From: Eledone cirrhosa
Lineage: Eukaryota
Length of the DNA: 64,000 bases
NCBI GenBank assembly: GCA_964016885.1
Contig: OZ024741.1
Coordinates: forward strand, 381,238,001-381,302,000
Reading direction: 5' to 3'
Shown piece after piece: positions 56,666 through 64,000 of the stretch; position 1 is the first letter of the stretch, and each line of letters starts with the position of its first letter. The notes beneath the pieces are model-generated. The model saw only the letters and a program-made list of their open reading frames with translations. It made no database searches and was not told where the DNA came from. Both the position numbers and the translations under genes were made by a program.

Positions 56666-58092
56666 AATTCCATATATGGTCAAAGTGATTGTCAAAAATC
56701 AGTAGTAATTATGTGGTTGCAAATTAGTAGGGGAGATGGTGGCTAAACCTGCCAGTAGGAGAAAGAGGGGAGGGGGTGGAGTAGCCCCAATCAAGCGTTT
56801 GTAGTGCCAGCTACAGCTGGGCATGAGGTCAAAGAAGATACAGGGGAGGGGGAGGGGGAGGAAGTCGGAACGGTAGGTAGAACAATGGGGGGTAGAAATA
56901 TATAGGAAAGAAAAAATACTGAGAGTGAAGAAAACAAATAAGTGTAAAGAAAAACAAATGAGTGTAAAGAAAAAGGTAAAGTAAATTAAATTCTACGACC
57001 TAGGTCTCTAGCTATTGTTAGTCTAGAATAAATAAATAAATAAAGAAAGAAAGAAGTAAAGAAAGAAATAAAGAAATAACGAAATAAGTAAAAGAACTAG
57101 GTGGGACGGTATAGGCGAGGACCCTTTTAAGAGGTATAAGTACGTAAATGATACGGTGACGGGTCAACAAAAGGGGCCAAAATACTAAAGAGACTACCAC
57201 GAAATAAACAATAACGGTTTCCATCCCGGGCACAATTCCAGCAACCACCCAGTGCAGCAAAGTGAACTAATACGAGATAATAATTCTGAGTCCCGAGAAA
57301 AATATATACTAATGCTAACTCTAAAAGATCTAAAACAAGCTACATGAAAGTTCGTACGAAGTAAAGGTAGAATACGGAAGAATAAATTCAGAATCCACCC
57401 CGCCCAAAAGAAAAGCGAAGAAAGAAATACTGAAACGAAAAAATAAGGCATAAGTGCCACTAAGAAATATAGAGGGCACAGACAATTGTGGGAGCGGTCG
57501 GAAAAAGGGGACAAGTATCCGGGGTCTAAACCAACTGCTATAAAGGGCGGAGTCCGCCAAATCTATCCTAGACTAGGGGAGGGGGTGGGGGTACCCGTCA
57601 CCGTATCATTTACGTACTTATACCTCTTAAAAGGGTCCTCGCCTAATCCGTCCCACCTAGTTCTTTTACTTATTTCGTTATTTCTTTATTTCTTTCTTTA
57701 CTTCTTTCTTTCTTTATTTATTTATTTATTCTAGACTAACAATAGCTAGAGACCTAGGTCGTAGAATTTAATTTACTTTACTTTTTTCTTTACACTCATT
57801 TGTTTTTCTTTACACTTATTTGCTTTTCTTCACTCTCAGTATTTTTTCTTTCCTATATATTTCTACCCCCCATTGTTCTACCTACCGTTCCGACTTCCTC
57901 CCCCTCCCCCTCCCCTGTATCTTCTTTGACCTCATGCCCAGCTGTAGCTGGCACTACAAACGCTTGATTGGGGCTACTCCACCCCCTCCCCTCTTTCTCC
58001 TACTGGCAGGTTTAGCCACCATCTCCCCTACTAATTTGCAACCACAGAATTACTACTGATTTTTGACAATCACTTTGACCATATATGGAATT

Positions 58093-58186
58093 ACCCCTTG
58101 AGAAGATCGGCTATTTAAATACCAGGATAAATTTTCATTTAGTCCAGAATTAGCCGTTGAAACGGCTTGAGCTCAGCTGTCGGGGT
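58093..58186 (+). ncRNA. hammerhead ribozyme, U3-A8 variant (intact)
   Basis: acccc-TTGAGAA-gatcggcta...tagccgtt-GAAA-cggct tgagctc agctg-TC-ggggt. Confidence 0.78.
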
Positions 58187-58196
58187 CTTACTGGTT

Positions 58197-58249
<53 letters not shown>

Positions 58250-58253
<4 letters not shown>

Positions 58254-59136
58254 CAAATAGTGAAAACAATGAAAGTAAATAAAATACGGGTAATTCATAG
58301 TAAAACTCATTATCTTAAGATCGTTTCTGGGGGTAGTTCTCCGTATGTTCATTTTATTAATGATCTATGTAAAATATATTACAAATTATCAAAGTAAGAA
58401 AATATACATGTCTTCCCTACCCGTTGTCTTCAGAAATAATGAGTTTTGTTTATTGAAGAATATAAAAACATGTATGAATAAGTAATCCTTTAAGAACAAC
58501 GTTGAGATTGACCAATAGTAAAAATAGGAAGGGGCAATATAGATCATTAAGCTGGTAGTAGTAGATGAATAAATTACCAGTCAGGGGATGAGGTATCGAA
58601 TGACCTTTAAGAAAAGAAAAGAAAGTTGCGAGTGTAAAGGAATTTAGACAGATTTTATAGAAAAATGTGGACGGTCAAGGAAGATTAAAGTTGGAGGAAA
58701 AGGGGTGCAGATATCAGTGTGTTATATCTAGTAGAATAGTATAGAATAATCCAAAATATTTGTTATTTCTAAAAATAGAACAAGTAGAGGAGTATAGATG
58801 GAACCAAAGAAAAGTAAAATTTAGATAAACAAATATATAGTTAAGAAAATAATAAAATTTGTGTAATTATTGTATTGTGTTAGAGTGGTCAGAATGAAGT
58901 TTTAGCTGTAGGGAATTTTATTTTCGAATAAAAAATCTCATTTATAATCTGGTTTTCTTAATAGGTTTAAAAGCATGTTTGGTAAAGTTTTGTTAGAGTG
59001 TTGGATATAATGTAATATATAGTGGTCATTAATAGTTAGTTATTTAAAACAGTTATAGGGATGAGCTATAGGATTGAATGTATGGATTAATTCTAATAGC
59101 AAAACAAAAAATACACACACTCACACACACACAGAG

Positions 59137-59206
<70 letters not shown>

Positions 59207-59274
59207 CCACTACCTGGAATACCATAACTGGACTTCACCTAAGTGGACTGCATTTAACTATTATTTGTTAATCC

Positions 59275-59311
<37 letters not shown>

Positions 59312-59837
59312 ATTTTTTTTTTATATTTTTTTTATTTATTTGTTTAGTTGTATTTATAATACTTAAATGTTTTTCTAATTCTATGGTTACATGCGATAAT
59401 TGACTCCTGTCTTTTATTTAATAGAATGTCTTTCGATTTAGTAATTTCAAGAATTTCTTGGGAACATAGTCCACACTCCTTTCTATTGCCCTGATAAGAA
59501 ATGGCTCTATTGAGAATCTTCCAAGTTAGGGTAGGGAAGACGTATGTATATTTTCTTACTTTGATAATTTGTAATATATTTTACATAGATCACTAATAGA
59601 ATGAACATACGGAGAACTACCCCAAGAAACGATCCTTAAAATAACGAGTTTTACTAGGAATTACCCGTATTTTGTTTAATTTCATTGTTTTCACTATTTG
59701 TATTATTTTGACTGTGCTTCCAATGAATTATAACGTTGAAATTTAGTATTTTAAGCTTTGCTTCACGACATCTTCTACATACGGATTACATTGAGTTCTT
59801 TATACGGCTTGGACCCTACCATTAATTGGTGGATTTA

Positions 59838-59845
<8 letters not shown>
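58250..59845 (-). mobile_element. PLE family B 3' fragment with inverted terminal copy
   Basis: minus 59370-59525 LTWKILNRAISYQGNRKECGLCSQE..LLNKRQE..CNHR; 59528-59705 is the inverted copy of about 58250-58423. Confidence 0.78.
58306..58443 (-). ncRNA. hammerhead with long stem II (family B)
   Basis: ctcattattt-CTGAAGA-caacgggtag...ctaccccca-GAAA-cgatct-TA-agataatgag. Confidence 0.65.
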
Positions 59846-59868
<23 letters not shown>

Positions 59869-59936
59869 TTCTGTGTGTGTGTGTGTGTGTATTTAAATAC
59901 ATATATATATATAAATATATATATCTGTATATATAT

Positions 59937-60265
59937 ATTATTTCTGAAGACAGCATATATATGTGTAGGTATGTATATCCCCTCTGATAGTTTGTAAAAT
60001 GTTTACATAGATCTATATGATATACATACCAACACACACACATATATCCTAGAAGCGATCGTAAAATGATGAATTTTTTAATATAAGGAACTGTTTCTTT
60101 GTTTTTATTCATTGTTTGTTTTTATTAATTTATCTTGACTCTGTTTTCCTGTGATTTTCATCGAACACATTTTTGAATACATCTTCTCTTTTCATGATAT
60201 TTGGATTACATTGAGTTCTTCATACGGATTGGACACTACCGTATATTTTGGTAGATTTATCTACA
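59937..60265 (+). mobile_element. PLE family B pLTR-only fragment beginning at a hammerhead (59937-60070)
   Basis: attattt-CTGAAGA-...-GAAG-cgatcg-TA-aaatgat; ends ttggtagatttatctac|atata like 27444-27460. Confidence 0.7.
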
Positions 60266-60430
60266 TATATATATATATAATGAATAATTTCATTGGCCTC
60301 GGCAGAACTTTATTAACAGTTAATCAAATACAATGGAAATATATAAATATCTCTACTCTCTGTATGGATTCACTCTATCAAGAAATATTTGTTATTTATG
60401 GACCTAAAATATACTACCTAACATTAACGT

Positions 60431-60548
<118 letters not shown>

Positions 60549-61149
60549 GTAAATGCAGATAGTTTTGTTAGTTTTTATATAATATATTATCAGTTCTACT
60601 TGAACGATAGCTTATATACAATATTTGTTTTATCACAAACAAACTGCTGATTTTAGTCTTATTCTTGAGCGTAGTATGAAATCAAGACACTAATAGTGTA
60701 TATTTGTACTAAGCATAAACAATATATCATTTGACAACTAACATTTGCTTCTGAAACAACAACTTTGAATAATGTTTGTCATCTATCGATTCCTGTCATA
60801 CATGGTGCAAAATTTGGCGTACTCAACAATTGTTTCTGTCTTAGCAAACTATCTGTATTGCTTTCCAGTCAAGATGTTTATCTATCAGACATTTTTATTC
60901 AAGAAATGAAGGAGAACATATGATTATGATTAGATTTAGCAGTCGACATTGTGACAATGATGGATGTTGACCGGGTTTTACATACTTTCCGTATAAACCT
61001 GCAAACTCTCACAAAGCATGCCAAACATGAATACCATTCTAAAAGTACCACATTTTCTATTCTTCTTGCTGATGTCTTCTATTATCTCACTGCGTGTAAA
61101 GCCGTAACTTGATTAATGATAATTTCAGTGTTGTACCTTTAGGTTGACC

Positions 61150-61560
61150 ACCTCCTCCTCCTCCTGCTCCCCCTGCTCCTCCTCCTCCTACTCCGCCACC
61201 TTCTTCTTCTTCTTCTTCTTCTTCTTCTTCAAATATTATTTCCAGCACGTCCTGTCAGAAGCACACGCCTCAATGTGATCATGCTGAATCTCCAAGCGAG
61301 ACCAGTCAAGCACCTAACAATCTTATCTGGTGACCGTGTCGCTATCCGCTCCTTGCGACTCATTTTCTAGCATAACAGCTCTAAATATGACCTCATTTTC
61401 GAAGTATTATGGAATAAATAAATGGCTGGTCCTTTGTTACCGCTGATCTTATGTTCTAACCGATATATCCATTGTTAATACTCTTTGTTGGTCTCTAATC
61501 GTAGCAAATGCTATATTATATTTCTGGAGAGAGGGCATCGGCTGTGAAACCAATATGAGA
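61150..61560 (-). mobile_element. old RTE 3' fragment with (GAA/GGA)n tail
   Basis: similar to 13610-13675 (ttccag..tcctgtcagaagca..atctccaagcgaga). Confidence 0.5.
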
Positions 61561-62663
61561 AGAACTGGGAACGATACTACCAGACACACCAATAGATAAT
61601 TTTAACAATTGCTATTAAATTAGTAATATCTTGGTTATTGAACGATCGATTGATTACTTCAACATTTATTGCTCAATTCCGTAAGTAAGTTATCAGTCAT
61701 TTGGTTACCGTAGTATTCCATCGAGAACTAATAACATTGATTTCTAATTCCGGTACAAGGACTGCAAATTTATGGGAAGGGCGAAGCTGCTAAAATCTAC
61801 TCAACATTAAACTGGTACTTTATGTTATTGAATACAGAATGATGAAAATGAAAGTTGATGTTGATGGTACTTAAAATCAATCGAGAACAAATACTAAATG
61901 TGTGCGTGCATATGTTTGTGGGAATGTGTGTTGTATGTAATAGTGTGAATGTGTGTAAGTATTATTACACTTTATTTACGAACTTGCTATTATAGATAAA
62001 ATAAAATGAAAGAATGTAACTGCAATTTCAATAGTAGATATATCGTTATGCTATAGCGTTACTCTAAAAATAGAAGTAATTTGAGTCCTAGGATCAGCTG
62101 GCCCCTGTTGACTGTGTTGAGAATAGATGCTGTCCATTCTTGTGGAAATCTCGCCTTCACTTCGAACGATTGTGTTAACCTTTGGTCTGTATTAGGAAAA
62201 GAGGGGTCATGTAGAACGAGGTTAGTGATCCTGCATTAATGGAAATTGCTACAGAAATGAGGGACACACATTTACGACGTCAAGAATAAAAAAAACATTC
62301 AGAACTTCCGTCGAATGGAAACCAGATGGAGAGCTACCAAGATCTGGTTGAGCTTCATGGAGAAAAACTGCAAGCCCAATTTTCGTCGTATTTGTCGATT
62401 ATCCAAAATATGAGGGCCAATCGACAATGCTTAAACGATATGTCCACATGGACAATTAGTGGAGATAATGAATGGGTTCCACGATGGTGCATCCGCCAGC
62501 GTCTATCTTGGGTGTGACATCACGGCCTCTTTTCTGGAGGGCATGTATTAAATCAGAGCTGTTTACTAATTGCTGTGTAAATATCCACACAAGAATAATA
62601 TCCTGTAGGAGGTGCCACGGTATGTATAGCATATAAGTGCCATTCTATGTTTAACTTCACTCA

Positions 62664-63715
62664 TCTATATATATATAAAACTGAGGATGTCTGTCTATGT
62701 GTGTGTGTGTGAGTTTGAATCCCTAAAACTCGAGAAGCACCCAACCGACTGTTTTCAAACGTTACACATGTCATACTTATGTTTCAGGGACTGTTCTCAG
62801 CAAAAAACATTTCAAACTTTCAATGCCCTAGGGAGGGACCGCATTATAATATTTAGGGATCTCTCTCTATAATTCTTAGTCTTTTTATTTTAGATAGATA
62901 CATACATATAGCGTCGTGCCCTTCTAATATCTGTCAATATGTTTGGCTGTGTGCATTACGTCACTTCCCACAATTCCATCTGCGTCTAGAACGCGCCCTT
63001 ATAATATATGTCTGTATGTCTGGCTGTCTGCTGTCTCCGGTTATATATGCCACCCTTGCTCAAGACAAATGTCACACTCATTCCCCAAACAGTTGCTAAG
63101 TGGACACAACTTCTTCCTCACGTTTTAAGCCACATTGTTGCCTACTTACGTACCACCAGACCCTTACTTCTTTGCCAGCCGTGGTTGTGGCAATATTAAG
63201 CTTAGCTAAGGCGGTTATATATTTTACACAACAATAAAAATTAAAGCCGGTAAAGAAAAACATCGCTATAATAGCTTCAGTTTTCACAGTTTTGCTTACT
63301 TACGTGCCTTTAGGACCATGTTATCGAGGCAACAATCCTCTCTGGGGGCGGAAAAGGCGACGATGTCTTCATTCCGAGAATTCCTCTTACTCCCTCGGGA
63401 GCCGAAATTCCGTTTACCTTCAGAAGACTGCAATTCCCGCTTCGGGTCACTTTTGCCATGTTCAATAACAAGTCCCAGGGGCAGACTCTTTCTGGGGCCA
63501 GACTTCTACTGGAAGAGCCCCGTTTCAACCAGGGACACTTGTACGTTGGGTGCACTAGAGTTGGCAGCAGCGAGAGGCTTTTTGCATTTGCACGACGAGG
63601 GAAAACAAGGAACATTGTTTACAACGAGGTGTTATAAATGCAACAGCGAGAAGGTAGGTTCATTATTGCCCTTTCTTAAACCAATCTGGTCTCAATTCGT
63701 ACGGGCTACTATCTG
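62664..63715 (+). mobile_element. non-autonomous or deleted Helitron
   Basis: starts a|TCtatatatatataaaa; contains a Pif1-family helicase C-terminus; degenerate 3' end (cgtacgggctactatctg), no intact CTAG. Confidence 0.75.
63317..63637 (+). pseudogene. Helitron RepHel helicase C-terminal fragment (106 open codons, absent from the ORF track as called)
   Basis: HVIEATILSG..KGDDVFIPRIPLTP..IPFTFRRLQFPLRVTFAMFNNKSQGQTL...GHLYVGCTRVGS...KTRNIVYNEVL*. Confidence 0.85.
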
Positions 63716-64000
63716 AAATGCGTTTTGTCTACGATTTAAGGTGAACCCTTTAGCTAAGAACCTTCCCCTTGACAATCGGTGCGGCAATGTAAGGTCGCTA
63801 AGCGGATCGTTGTTCGTTGGGTGCTCTAGAGTTGGCAGCTGGCAGAGTCTTCTTGCATTTGCACAAGGACGAGGTAGGTTCGTTATCAACATTTCTTAAG
63901 GCAATCTGGTTGCCTTTCATACAGCCTATTACCTGAAATACGTTTTCCCTTGGCTTCAGGTGACTACCTTCAGAAATGGACCTTCCGCTTCGCACTTGGC

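Larger units (their letters stand above)
56478..58201 (-). mobile_element. PLE family A-related element with about 608-bp inverted repeat (56557-57164 / 57593-58201)
   Basis: arms near-identical; terminus ccttcgt|tatata identical to that at 11128-11140; (TA)n at both ends. Confidence 0.88.

Overview
AT-rich, microsatellite-dense eukaryotic DNA with no recognisable host gene. The tRNA-derived SINE family resembles the abundant octopus/cephalopod SINE, so a coleoid cephalopod genome is likely (inference). Almost all structure is retroelement-derived. (i) A nested (TAA)n array at 13.7-26.1 kb holds Tx1/L1-type (minus strand) and R4/Dong-type (plus strand) non-LTR elements. (ii) An RTE cluster at 46.3-56.0 kb contains a near full-length RTE with three C-terminal C2H2 fingers and several short bipartite derivatives. 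These share a covarying stem that pairs the 5' region with the 3' UTR. (iii) Several Penelope-like element (PLE) families end in (TA)n tracts and carry type-I hammerhead ribozyme motifs, including a U3-A8 core variant and versions with very long stem II. (iv) Fold-back palindromes are centred on (TA)n tracts. (v) A Helitron remnant lies at the right end. Most short ORFs in the track are microsatellite or antisense artefacts. All alignments and folds were done by eye.
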